Source of the DNA: Octopus sinensis
Taxonomy: Eukaryota
Reading direction: 5' to 3'
DNA length: 64,000 nt
NCBI RefSeq assembly: GCF_006345805.1
Contig: NC_043014.1
Location: 21,452,001-21,516,000, forward strand
Every line of letters starts with the position of its first letter. Within the stretch, counting starts at the first letter, position 1. Below, one piece after another: positions 12,849 to 28,340 of this stretch. A model generated the notes under the pieces. That model saw only the letters and a list, made by a program, of their open reading frames with translations, did not search any database and was not told where the DNA came from. The translations under genes were made by a program, and so were the position numbers.

Positions 12849-15785
12849 TAGTTGCCAATTTAGCATATTTTATGCTAGATCTAGCATTCTTTTTCAGCAT
12901 TTTGCAGAAAATTTTTGAATCTAGCATTTAGCGGGGAAAATAGCAGGTTTTAAATTTTATTTAGCATTTTTCTCTGATCGTGACATTTCCACAATAGCTA
13001 TTCTTTTTACATCTTTTTCCTCCTTTTCTACTTTCGCTAATGTATCTTATAGCCAAATTTTAGTACTATCGGCTATTGTTGAATTTTTCTTTCACTTTCT
13101 TGAAACTTCAAATGAAAGTTTATCAAAAGGAAATTTATCAAGTTATGAACTTTTCCAGTCCCTCTTCCCCCATCCCCCCTCTTGGATACAGAGTGGTGCT
13201 TGGGGTGGGGGGATAATTCATGTCAGCATCTGAACTCACTACACAATAATGGAAATATGTTGCAAAGAATGAAAGCATGGAAATACGTTCTAACAATGTT
13301 TTATTCTGTTGTGATGAGTTTTTATCCTGACAGGTTTACTGATTTACTTTCAGTTTGACTGTTTTAAAATAGACCTGTGTTTTTTCATGCTTGTTTTGGA
13401 TTATATATCTTGTATAGAAGTACAGGGGTGGCGGGGGTCTCCCCCCTTTATATTTCTACTTACTTTTTTTTCAACTATTGTAGTTATATTTGTGGTTTTA
13501 CCAATAGATATTAAATGTAAGATTGGAAGCGAAATATGATGTTTCCAGGTTTATATCAGAACATAGTTTTAGGATTCCTGCAGATTTTACTTTTCCATTT
13601 ATAAGTTGGCCACCCTGCATCCTGAATCAGTATTCTTCACCTCAAGAATTTGTAAGCAGCAAACTTAAGAATTGTTAATGACGAATGAAAGAATTGTTAG
13701 CGGCAAACTGATAAGTCGTGTTTTCAATTTTATATTTTTATTAATCATTCAATTTATTTTCTTGCTTCCCACTACATTATAATGAGCAAAGAAAAATCAA
13801 AGTTGTGCCAGCAAAAATTCCAAAAGGAATGGCTTAAGATGCCAGCGTTTACTAGTGACCAATCTAAAGCACATTGCAGATATTGTAGATGTAATATGTT
13901 GGCAAAATATTCCCTTTTAATAAGCCACTGTGAAGCAAAGAAACATAAAGCATCAACTCCACATCAAATGATTCTGCTTACCAATTCTATTGAAACCAAA
14001 AATGATAAGACATCTATGCTTGAAGCAAATTTAGCAATGTTTATTTGTTGCCATTCATCATTTAATAGCTGTGATCACTTAATAGAGTTATGTAAGAATT
14101 ATATGTCTGATAGTGATATTATATCAAAAGTGAAGTTGCATCGTACAAAATGTGCAAATATTGTGAGAAATGTTCCAGCTCCATATTTTGATGGAGATTT
14201 GATTTCTGATATAGGAGATAGAAAATTTAGCCTGTTATTAGATGAATCCAATGATATATTGATGAGCAAGTTGTTAGGAATTGTTATCATATATTACAGT
14301 GACACTCACAAAAAAGTGGTACATACATACAGTATGGTATCTTTAGAAACGTGATGCAGATGGCATTGTAGATGCCTTAAAAACTGAATTAGTGAAAAAG
14401 AAATTAGATATAAAAAAAATTTACTGGCAATAGGAACCGACAATGCTAGAGTAATGATAGGAGTCAACAATGGTGTTTTCCAGAAATTAAATGAAGTTCC
14501 ATCATTGCTTCTATTTAGATGTGTATGTCATTCTTTACAGTTGGCAGTATCCCACACTTGTGCTGAATGCTTGCCCATAAATTTAGAATTTTTAGAATCC
14601 GAAACCTATAAATGGTCCTCTCATTCTTCAACAAGACAAAGTGCCTACAAACAACTTTACCTTGCTATCAATGATAAAGAGCCTTTGAAGATCATGAATT
14701 CTTGTACGACTAGGTGGCTGTCAATAGAACCAGCGGTAAATAGAATTTTAAGCCAATGGTTTGAATTGCAAACTCTCTTCCAAACTACAACCACAAAAGA
14801 AAAATACTTTACAGCACAAACGTTACATGAAATGTTTTGTGATTCTAGGAATGAACTTTGCCTTTTATTTTTGCATCCAATTTTAAAACATGTTCAGGAA
14901 GTGAATAAACTGTTTGAATCAAACACTGTCGACAAAACAAAATTACTTGAATATCTTTCAAATTTGATCAATTTTGTTGCTAATATGACAGTGTTGCCAA
15001 CATGTAGAATTGATCCTCTTGATCCAGATGCTTCTATTGAAAAATTTCTGGATCCTAAACCAAATCTAAGCTACAGGTTCGAGAGAAAAATAGCACAAAT
15101 GATTATCAAGAAGCCACCGAAGAAAATAATATTCGCAAAAGAGCACAATTTTTACTCTGCCTTTATAAAGAGCTCAAGCACCGTTTGCCAAGAAATATTA
15201 ATATACTGAGGAATATCAAATGTTTTTCAGTAGAGAATATTTTGAAGCATTTCAAAGAGCCAATTTTACCTGTCTTAGAAGCAATGCATTTAAATGAAGA
15301 AAAAATTGCTTCAATTGAAATTCAGTTTAATAGCATTCATTTAGTTAAATGGACAAATACGTCTAATACTGAGGCATTCTTGCTGGAAGTCTTGAACTAT
15401 AAAGATGCTACTGGAGGAAATCCTTTTAGAGATGTTGCAAATTTTGCCATTAATCTATTGACATTGCCAACCTCAGATGCAGAAGTTGAACGGTTGCTCA
15501 GTAGTATTGGTGTAATCAAATCAAAATTGAAAAACAAAACGCATCTTCCTATGCTTAGATCAATACTGTCTATAAAATATGGCCTGAAAAGATATGGGAA
15601 ATGTTGCAAAAACTTTGATATTCCAAAACCCATACTTAACAAGATTGGGACCTTGAATGTATACAGAAGTCAAAGTAAAAATGTAAATAAAAATTAAGCT
15701 TTTTAATATAATTAGTTTTTAGCAGCGCACTTTACGGTAATAACAATCAACTTCTGTCATTCAAATGCAAAATGGCTGGCAACTA
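12849..15785 (+). mobile_element. hAT-superfamily DNA transposon with disrupted transposase (ORFs 13782-14354, 14454-15209, 15185-15697)
   Basis: BED finger (CRYCRC...HCEAKKH), FSLLLDES, GTDNARVM, CVCHSLQLA, TRWLS and a hATC dimerisation motif (LTLPTSDAEVER). Candidate TIRs are tagttgcca (12849) and tggcaacta (15777-15785); no clean TSD. Confidence 0.85.
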
Positions 15786-15913
15786 ACATCATGCTTGAAA
15801 ATCAAAAGTACCAACGAATTTGAATCAAACTGTTTTGATCCATACATGTAACTTCCAATAAATTCGTTGAGTGCCCTTCTTTCGTTTGTCCACTCACTCG
15901 TGTGTGTGTGTTC

Positions 15914-15946
<33 letters not shown>

Positions 15947-15964
15947 ATATATATAATATGTATA

Positions 15965-17259
15965 TACGAGGGACGTTCAATAAGTAATGCCTCTGACCCA
16001 CTTGCAGTTATTTGATCTAGCTGAAATTTTGCATGTGCAATCATTTATATCTCTATAGAGCAAGTGGCAAATTACAGCTCTGAACTAATTGTGGTTTCTG
16101 ATTTACAGGTGTTTGAACTGAGTCAAGTGTGAAATGGGGCCTGTTGAATGTCGAGCAGTGATCCGGTTTTTGTATTTGAAAGGACGCACACCACGGGAGA
16201 CTTTTGATGAAATGAAAGTAACTTATGGTAATGATGCCCCATCATATGACCTTGTAAAACGCTGGCATCGTGAATTCAAACATGGTCGGAACTCTGTGTA
16301 AACAGCTTCCAGATCTGGTCGCCCCCTTCTGCCATTGATGAGGCATCTGTCCGTCAAGTTGAGGCTGCCATTTTCGAAGATCGACGCATAATTATTCGCC
16401 AAATAGCCCATGAGGTCAAGATTAGTACCGGGTCTGTGGAAACTATCATTCATGACCATTTGCATATGCAAAAGGTGTCTGCCAGATGGATTCCCAGGTT
16501 GCTCACGCCTTTCCAGAAGCAAGAACGCGTCGAGTGCTCGAGGGTAAATTTGGAGATGTGCCAAGAAGATGAGTCAAAATTTTTCAAAAGACTGATTACA
16601 CAGGATGAAACCTGGGTCCATCACGATGATCCAGAGACCAAAGCCCAGTCAATGCAGTGGAAGCACCGTGACTCACCTCCTCCAAAGAAGGCAAGGGTGC
16701 AGCCCTTCGCTGGCAAGGTCATGCTCACAGTCTTCTGGGACCAGGACGGAGTAGTGATGACAGATTTCCTGGCAAAGGGTACCACAATTGCAGGAGCCTA
16801 TTATGCTTCACTTTTGAGGAAATTAACAGAAGTTATCAAAATCAAGAAGCGGGGCAAGATCAGCAAAGGCATCCTCCTCCTGCAGGACAACGCTCCGGTC
16901 CACAACTCGCTTGTCGCCAGATCAGAAGCACAGGCGTATGGCTATGAACTCCTCCCCATCACCCCTATCTTCCTGACCTTGCATCCTCTGATTTTCACCT
17001 CTTCCCAATCATGAAGTTGTTTTTGAAAGGAAAGCGTTTCTCAGATGATGCAGCCTTGATTTCTGAAGTCACGTTGAGGTTGGAGGACCAAGCTGGGTTC
17101 TTCTACAAAAACGGTCTCCAGAGCCGCATCAAACGATGGGAGAAATGCGTAACTCTGGGTGGTTCCTATGTAGAAAAAGACTAATAACTGTGCCAAGTTT
17201 CGTTGCTCTACTGCTATGGGAAGTGGGTCAGGGGCATTACTTATTGAACGCCCCTCGTA
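15965..17259 (+). mobile_element. Full-length mariner (DD34D type) with inactivated transposase 16134-17184, inside a (TA)n tract
   Basis: ~38-bp TIRs tacgagggacgttcaataagtaatgcc... / ...ggcattacttattgaacgcccctcgta with TA TSD. Motifs WIPRLL, ITQDETW and LLQDNAPVH; a stop and frameshifts are present. Confidence 0.95.
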
Positions 17260-17271
17260 TATATATGTATA

Positions 17272-19667
<2,396 letters not shown>

Positions 19668-19674
19668 ATATATA

Positions 19675-19745
<71 letters not shown>

Positions 19746-19884
19746 GCGTGTGTGTGTATACGTGTTTATGTCTTTATATTTGTGTTTGCCCACTACCACC
19801 GCTCAACAGTCGGTGTGGGTTTTTATACCCCTGGAACTTAGTAGTTTGGCAAAAGAGACAGATAGAATAAGTACCAGTGTCAGT

Positions 19885-20720
19885 CAAAGGCATTTATTCA
19901 TCGAAATATATCCCATCATATTTTATTGCCATCATTATGCCAAAAGCTTAATTCCACGCATATAGCATTTGGCTACGTTAGAGGCAAAAACTCCTTACAC
20001 CAGTTTTCAACCTCATCTATGGTTCGGAAATATGGTATTCTGATGGTGCAAGGACTGGATAGTATGTAGGGTGAAGCAGTACTTCTGGCCCCTCAAGTTT
20101 GCGCTTGGTCACATTAGTAGTGTGTGGTGGGGCATTGTTTATGCTGTAGGACTGTGCATCTTCAATTGACTGGTGCCTGGTAGCCGGTTTCAAAGCATCA
20201 TATACTCGCTGCAGTTGTTGAGCATAAAAGTTAGCACTCACAGCATGACCATCTGGGATAAACTCAAAGTGCAATGACTCCTTGAAAGTCCACCAAATAC
20301 ACAATATGATCTGTTCAAACCGTCCTTCTTTAACAACAGGTTCTGAAGCCCGGTTGGAACGAAGCCACTGATTTCGGTTATTAGGATTATGAAAATAGTT
20401 CCATTTTTCATCCTCAGTTACAATTTGATGCCAAAAACGAGTTCTTGAGGATTTGCCAGTAGTTTGCAAATATTCACATGTCATTGAGCTTGGTCATTGG
20501 TCAATTCATGGGGAGCTTCTCGACAGCGTTTGTTCAAAAGGTTGAGTTTATGGCAGTGTCAGTTGACGGTGCTTTGCAAAGGACCAAGTTCTGTCGTCAA
20601 TGTATGAGTGCTTGTGCTTGACGTACTTAACCATTTTTAAATAAGGACTCACCCTCCACAACAGTTCTCACTGGCCTTAGTTTCTCTTCAAGACTGGTGT
20701 CATCTTCTTTGAAACATTCT
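19885..20720 (-). mobile_element. Degenerate mariner transposase remnant
   Basis: ORF 20017-20484 has IVTEDEKW and LHPTYYPVLAPSEYH (YSPDLAPSDY-like). Confidence 0.8.
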
Positions 20721-20776
20721 GCCAGAAATCATTAATGAAAATCAAAAAAAACTTTTGACTCAACCTGGTATATATA

Positions 20777-21551
20777 TAAAGTGTATCCCAGAAGTTTTGA
20801 GACTTTTTGGGGAGAAACATTTATAAATTTTAAAGAAGTACAATTCGAAATCGGAACCTCTAACTTCAATGCACTTGTTGTAGTGCTCGAGCCGCTTCGT
20901 GAAGGTCCCATGAAAGGTCTCCAAAAATGAGGGTCTCCAGGACCCTTGTCATAGCTTCCATCTTCTTCAGCTTGGAGAACAGCCAAAACTCACAGTTCTG
21001 ATGCCCATCTCTGTCATGTCGTTGGTTACCAGGATGGAATTGTGGACTGGTGAATTGTGCTGGTGCAGGTTCTCTTGCCATGGGCAACGTAATGTCTTTC
21101 TGAACTTCCTCAAAACCTCAACAAAGTATTCTGTTACTGCTTGGCCAGAGAGAACCCAGTGGATGTAGATGATACCCTTGCTGTCGAAAAATGAGGTTAT
21201 TGTGAGCTTTCTTGTGTCAGGCAAAAACAGGGGTTCAGGCTCACACACGTTAATCCATAAGCAGTCTGGGGCATTTCATACGTTTCTGTAGCACTTTAAA
21301 ACAAAGCTTTATTGCATAGCGAGCTTCCACAGCATCTTCAAGTCCCAACTGCATTCTCCAAACTGGTCAATTATGGCAGTGTTTAGGAAGACGTAGGTTA
21401 CAACCGTCTCCTTCAGTTTGGAATAACAAAAGTTGGTCGGTCAGCTTCTTAGATGTATAGTAATGATACACTAGAGTTACAATAATCTAGGACAGTTATA
21501 ACAACCTCTGCTAGAAAAAAAAGTCTCAAAACTTCTGGAATATACCTCGTA
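20777..21551 (-). mobile_element. Internally deleted mariner
   Basis: TIRs ccagaagttttgagactttt (~20787) and aaaagtctcaaaacttctgg (~21519) ending in cctcgTA. ORF 20967-21248 has SFFDSKGIIYIHWV. Confidence 0.8.
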
Positions 21552-21577
21552 TATGTGTGTGCGTGTCTGTGTCAGTG

Positions 21578-21662
<85 letters not shown>

Positions 21663-22364
21663 TGTGTGAAAACGAGTGAATTATCAAATAAACTGAAGTA
21701 CCACTCGACATATAGGTGGAGTTGTATTTATAGACTAACAGATTGATGTAGCTCCTCATGTTAAAGCCTTGGGGACGGGGGAAAAAAAATGTTCATTTCC
21801 TCATTTCTTCAGAAGCAAAGTGAAGAAGAAAAAGATGGCTACTTTATGACAGAGTGATTTCGCCATCACTATATTTCAGTGGTTCCATGATTTCAGAAAT
21901 TAACCAGCCTTCAAATTCACCCAGTTCTTTATCATCGATTTTAGCCCTTCACTGTCAAAACCCTCCTCTTTGAAGATTTTGCTAAGCAATTTTCCAAAAT
22001 CAATAACCTTCACACTAGAATCATTACGGATGCTAAGAAGTCGCTTCTTTTTTTTTTCACAATATTTCTTACACGATAAAAACAAAGGAGGGTATCACTG
22101 ATGTGTTAAATATCATGCAGCGATTGTAAACTGACATCAAGATTCCGCCTGTTTTAATACATAGCATGCTTCCATCTAGTTGTAGTTATCACTAAGTTAT
22201 CACTATACCAATGTGACCTGAACTGAGTAATGTGGTTCATATCCCCTCTATTATAAAGAAATCATATTTTTCTTCACTTTGCTTTTGAATGATTGAGGAG
22301 ATGAATGCCCTTTTACGTTCACAAAACTTTTAAGTAACATGAGGAGATAAATCAGACTGTTACT

Positions 22365-22401
<37 letters not shown>

Positions 22402-22599
22402 CTAAGCTGTTGATATTGTCTTCAAAAAATATAATCTTTCATTTTTAGTCTTATCTCGTAATAACTCGTCCCTATGTGCTGATAATTTCTTCTTTCTTCG
22501 CTCTCTACGATAATTTGTCCGTTGTCTATGACATTGTTTCTTCAAACCCCGTTTGCTTAATTCTTCTCTTTCCATACATCTCTCTGAATCAAAACTTCG

Positions 22600-25500
22600 C
22601 CATTCGCGGTGCACCCGCCATTTCCCACCCCCACCACCAATACCGGATATCTCTCTATATATTTCTCAATCTATACCGGATATCCCTTCTCCCACCACCA
22701 TTATGGGTGTCTATTCCTCGAACCCCTCCTCCTCAATACGCTATTTCACTATGAATTACCCCTGCTTATCTTCCCCTCCTTCCAGTCCCCCCCCCTCACG
22801 TTATATCCTACGTTTAATTTTGTCTAGAACCTGCCACCACCCCTACCTGTCATCGTTTCTCCTAACACCCCTCCCCACTGGTGCTCCCCCCCTATATTAC
22901 CTGCACTCTCCCCCCATTTCCTCCCCCCACTCTCTCTTCTCCCTGCTGGAACCCCCAGCCCATCTCTAGAATATCCATGTTTCTGCTACACTGCTTAAAC
23001 CACGTTGCTCAATGACCATAATGCTTGCTTAGAATACTGCTAACACCTGCCTACGGCAGGGGCCAGAACCTTAACATGCCTAAATGCTTGAATGTTGTCA
23101 GGTCGGAAGAGAGATCAGACGAAAAATGCCTAAAAAACCATCACCACCACCACAACAACCCTCTTCTTTTCAGGCGCTAAATTGCACCCCTCCTCCCCAC
23201 ATCTCCTTCCCAGTTTTCAGAGTTGGCACTGTGAGATTGTAGAGATGCTTGAGAGAAGATGGGTTGATGTATGCTGCATACAAGAGGTAAGGTGGAGAGG
23301 TGCATCAGCTAGGGTCCTCACAGGCAAGGCACATAGGTATAAAGTCTTCTGGCAAGGTAACATGGATGGGGTAGGGGTGTAGGCATTCTCCTTGCGGAGA
23401 AATGGGTGGATAAGGTCATAGAGGTTGTCAGGGTTTGCGATAGAGTGCTTAAGCTCAGGTTAGTCCTACAGAGTGGCACAGCTACGATTATCTCCGCCTA
23501 TGCCCCACATGTGGGGCTACCAAATGATCAGAAGGACCACTTTTATGATACCCTTCTACAGGCTACCTCAAAGACTAGTGGCAAGGACCTCATCTTTGTG
23601 GGTGGAGACTTTAATGGGCATGTTGGGCGGGAATCGGGTATCTTCACTGGGGTACACAGTGGCCATGGTATTGGCACCAGAAATGATGAGGGAACTAGAC
23701 TACTGGAATTCTGTGATGCATATAACCTTTTAATCTGCAACACTAACTTCAGGAAGCCTGACTGTCACCTAATAACTTATCAGTCAGGAGACTCCGCAAG
23801 CCAAATAGACTTCATCCTCACCAGACAGCGGGATGCAGGGTCGCTCTTAAATACAAAGACCCTCCTGGGTGAAGAGTGTATCCATTCAGCATAGGCTAAT
23901 CATTAGTGACTTTAGGCCTGAGGCCAGAAGGACTCCAAGAAACAGACCAATCCAGAAAAGAAGGATTTAGAAGCTAAAGAACCCTTCGCATGGTCAGAAA
24001 TTTAGGGACATACTCATCAAGAAATTTGATGAGAGGGAGGAGGAGCTTCAGACGTCGGACATAGAAGGTAGCTGGAAATTCCTACAGGACAGCTTGCTGA
24101 GTGCCACAGACCAAGTCTGTGGATGGTGCAAAGTCCCTTCCAGACCCAGAGTTACGTGGTGGTGGAATAGTGCAGTAGACAAAGCCATTAGTGCAAAGAA
24201 ACAGGCCTGGAGAGCCTGGGGGGATGGGGGTAGCGGGGAACCGTACCAAGTGGCCAAAAGGGAGGCCGGGTGGCAGGTATACATAGCCAAAGATATAGCA
24301 GGAAAGAAGAAGTTTGCCAATGTCCAGTGACGTGAGGACCAAAGAACTGAGGTATTTCGGATTACTAGACAGTGTGTGAGAGAAAATAGTGATGTTACAG
24401 GAGAGAAATGTGTCCGCATGGATGATAGGGCACTTGCTTTTAATGTTGGTGAAAAGAAAGAGGCTTGGGGAAGCCATTATGAAAGACTGCAGAATGTGGA
24501 GAATGATGGGAGGAAGAGAGCCTGCCAAATGTTGACCCAGTAGAGGGACCAGCTATCCAAATAGACAGCTCCCTTGTAGTTAAGGCAATTAAGGGTATGA
24601 AACCAGGTAAAGCCCCGGCCCATCAGGTATCACTGCTGAGATGCTTAAAACAGCTGGTTATGTGGGCTATGGCCTAGTCACCCGTATTGTAAACCAGGTA
24701 GTTCATAATGGAGTCATACCCAATGACTGGCATAGCAGCACCATAGTCAACTGCTACAAGGGTAAGGGTGATGCTCTAGATATAAATAACTACAGGGGTA
24801 TTAAACTGTTGGATCAGGTGATGAAGGTCACAGAGAGGGTCATAACCCATCTCATTAGGGAGAGGATTTGCTTAGATGAAATGCAGTTAAGTTTTGTGCC
24901 GGGTAGAAGCACCACTGATGCTATATTCCTGGTCCGACAACTGCAGAAGTACCTAGCTAAAGATAAACCCCTCTACATAGCTTTTGTGGACTTGGAGAAA
25001 GCCTTTGACAGGGTTCCCTGATCCCTTATCTGGTGGTCGATGCGGAAACTGGAGATTGACGAATGGCTAATAAGGGCTGTACAGGCCCTATACAGAGAGG
25101 CTGTCAGCAAGGTTAGGATTGGCAACAAATATAGTGAAGAATTCCGGGTAGAAGTAGGTGTACACCAAGGCTCAGCCCTCAGTCCCCTTTTATTCATCAT
25201 AGTCCTCCAGGCAATAACAGAGGAATTCAAAACAGGTTGCCCCTGGGAGCTCCTCTATGCTGATGACCTGGCTCTCATAGCAGAATCACTACCAGAACTA
25301 GAAAAGAAATTTTGGGTGTGGAAACAAGGGTTAGAATCAAAGGGCCTTAGAGTAAATGTAGCGAAGACCAAAGTTATAGTAAGCAGAAAGCCAAACTCAG
25401 CACTCACCCCATCCGGCAGGTGGCCCTGCTCGAGCTGTAGGAAAGGTGTAGGTAGAAACTCCATAAGATGCACCCAGTGTAAGCTATGGACGCATAAGAG

Positions 25501-26790
25501 GTGCAGCAACATCAAAGGGAAATTAACTGATAAGATAGCTTTCATGTGTGGCAGATGCACAGGGACAATAGACACCACAAATACTCAGAAAACAGATTCC
25601 ATCACACTCCAGGGGGAGAAACTAGAAGTAGTTGATAGTTTCTGCTACCTGGGTGACCAAGTTAGTAGTGGAGGTGGATGCTCAGAGAGTGTCACCACTA
25701 GATTACGAATAGCCTGGGCAAAGTTTATAAAGCTCCTACCCCTACTGGCAACAAAGGGTCTCTCACTCAGAGTGAAAGGTAGATTGTATGATGCATGTGT
25801 GCGAACTGCCATGCTTCATGGCAGTGAAACATGGGCTGTGACTGCAGAGGACATGCGTAGACTTGAAAGAAATGAAGCTAGCATGATTCGCTGGATGTGT
25901 AATGTCAGTGTGAATGCATGACAGAGTGTAAGCACCCTGAGAGAAATGCTAGGCATAAGAAGCATCAGATGCGGTATGCAAGAGCGACGCTTGCGATGGT
26001 ATGGTCATGTACTGCGGATGGATGAGGAGAGATGTGTGAAGAAGTGCCGCTCCCAAACAGTTGAAGGAATCAGGGGGAGAGGTAGACCCAGGAAGACATG
26101 GGATGAGGTAGTCAAGCATGACCTCAGAGCGTTGGGCCTCACTGAGGCAATGGCGAAGGGCCGAGATCTCTGGAGATGTGCTGTGACTACAAAGACCCGG
26201 GATGCTTCCGGCACCCGTTCTGCATAGCCCCTGCCCATTCAAAGTACCTTGGATCCCGGAACATCTCGCTGTGCTTGAGTAGACTTGTTGAGTCAAGTGC
26301 ATGTACATGAACATCGAAACAAATATCAATGGAAATAGTAGATGTGATACCTGTGCCAGTGGCACATAAAAAGCACCATCCGAACGTGGCCATTGCCAGC
26401 GCCGCCTCAACTGGCTTCTGTGCCGGTGGCACATAAAAAGCACTATCTGAACGTGGCCGATGCCAGCACCGCCCCAACTGGCTTCTGTGCCGGTGGCACA
26501 TAAAAAGCACCATCCGAACGTGGCCGATGCCAGTGCCGCCTTGGCTGGCTTCCGTGCCAGTGGCACGTTAAAAGCACCAACCGATCGTGTCCGATGCCAG
26601 ACCCCCCCTGGCACCTGTGCAGGTGGCACGTAAAAAGCACCCACTACACTCGCAGAGTGGTTGGCGTTAGGAAGGGCATCCAGCTGTAGAAACACTGCCA
26701 GATCAGACTGGAGCCTGGTGCAGCCCTGGCTTCCCAGACCCCGGTCGAACCGTCCAACCCATGCTAGCGCGGAAAACGGACGTTTAAATG
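22600..26790 (+). mobile_element. Near full-length RTE-clade LINE copy 1 (C-rich 5' UTR; APE-RT ORF from ~23127 to 26227, disrupted; tandem-repeat 3' UTR; (ATG)n tail)
   Basis: APE motifs (CCIQEVRW, SAYAPH, GGDFNGHVG, SQIDFIL), RT motifs (VDLEKAFDRVP, GVHQGSALSPLLF, LYADDL), and RRLRWYGHV...GRGRPRKTW. The 5' boundary is uncertain. Confidence 0.95.
26350..26645 (+). repeat. Five ~67-bp tandem units in the RTE 3' UTR, each with a tgtgccNgtggcaca palindrome
   Basis: gtggcac recurs at 26359, 26426, 26493, 26560 and 26623. Confidence 0.9.
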
Positions 26791-27019
26791 ATGATGATCA
26801 TGATACATAAGAAATAATGAATAATACATTCACTAATATTGCAGAAAGATTACTAGGCTGTAATAAACTCAGCGTACGCAGCTGAAACGGCTTTTTGTCT
26901 TTTATTTATATAGTATTGTAAATTTAGCCTCATAACAGCCGGTTCATGTTACTAAACAGTTTCATGCTAAAGAATTTTCCAATTACTGTAAAACTGTTAT
27001 TGCCACTAGTCCTCATCAT

Positions 27020-27420
27020 TATCATCATCATCAGCATCATCATTTAACGTCTGTTGTCCGTTGTCCATGCTGGCATGGGTTGGACAGTTTGACCGGGCTG
27101 GTACGCTGGAAAGCTGCACCAAACTCCGGTCTGATTTGACATGGTTTTCTATGGCTGGATGCCCTTCCTAATGCCAACCACTCCAAGAATGTAATGGGTG
27201 CTTTTACATACTACCGACACGGGTGCCATTTGCGTGACACAGGGGTGCCAATTTGCATGACACCGGTATCTGCCATGACTGTAATTTTGCTCAGTTTGAT
27301 GGGTCTTCTCAAGCATGACATAATGTCAAAGGTGTCGGTCATTGCCTCTGTGAGGCCCAACACTCGAAAGGAGCTCTAGTCACTTTACCTCCATCAGACC
27401 CAACACTCGAAAGGAACCTC
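27020..27420 (-). mobile_element. RTE 3'-end fragment or RTE-tailed SINE
   Basis: catcatcatttaacgtc...ccatgctggcatgggttggacag...ggatgcccttcctaatgccaaccactc, the same tail as the RTE copies. Confidence 0.7.
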
Positions 27421-27879
27421 ATGACTGAAAATATATCTTAGCCAACTTGTTGATTCCATCCTATAAGTCAAGGTTGGCTCTCACCTCATTAGAAGTCCTC
27501 TCATTGTAAAAAGGAATTTATTTCTCCTACACCCAACACTTATACATGAACTTTTCCAAGCTTAATTACTGCTTGCCCTGTATTTTCCAGGCTCAATATT
27601 AATGAATATTCTAGTACTTTGCACCTGCATTTTTCATTCTTGTCCACTTTTCCAGGCAATGCTTCTAGTATTGTTATTGACTAAATTTACCTTTATATTT
27701 TTCATTCTATTAATACTAAAATTAAGACAGAAATGTTTTTATTTAAATACAAAGAAATTTTTAAATTAAAAAATATTAACTTCAATCTTTTTTAGTTACA
27801 ATAAAAAGCAAAAAATATTAAAAAATCAAAAAAAGCACACACACTATTTGATGAACAATTTCAGAAATTTATTTTGATC

Positions 27880-28340
27880 CAGATTTTCCCAAAAACCTTC
27901 AGCTTCATTGTTCTCCACTTTTGTTTGGTAGCTATTCACATACCTGGTCAATATCATACTGTTTCCTCCAATATAATGACAGTATTTGTCTGCCATATTA
28001 AAAACAGTAAAGGATTGTAATCATTGATAAATTTTCCAGATGATTTTCTTTGAAATTGATAAAGCTTTTTAAACCTTTTCAATTTCTTCTTAATTTGACA
28101 CTTTCAAATTTTGCTGCATAAATGCATTTGCAAACTACTGATCAAATTGTAAAACTTGCAACTAGCTACTGAATATGGCAATCTGGAAGTAAAACATTGC
28201 TCAAAACATTTTTGAATTTTTTCTAGAGAATCTTTATCATAAATAGGTTTTTGATTCATCTGAATTTCCATATGAACTTGTGGAGCCCTTCTTTGTTAAT
28301 ACTCCATTCTTCAAGAATAATGCCTGATGTTGCCACAAAT
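27880..28340 (-). mobile_element. Degenerate Helitron/Helentron Rep (HUH) coding fossil
   Basis: Manual translation gives GNIRHYS*RMEY*QRRAPQVH (28334-28272; E-Y-Q-x-R-G-x-P-H-x-H motif). Downstream, across frameshifts, it reads INDYNPLLFLIWQTN and YIGGNSMILTRYVNSYQTKVE. Confidence 0.7.

Noticed and set aside
13600-13620. ttggccaccctg, a possible hAT TIR inside the hAT 5' region
   Set aside because: No matching partner end or TSD was found.
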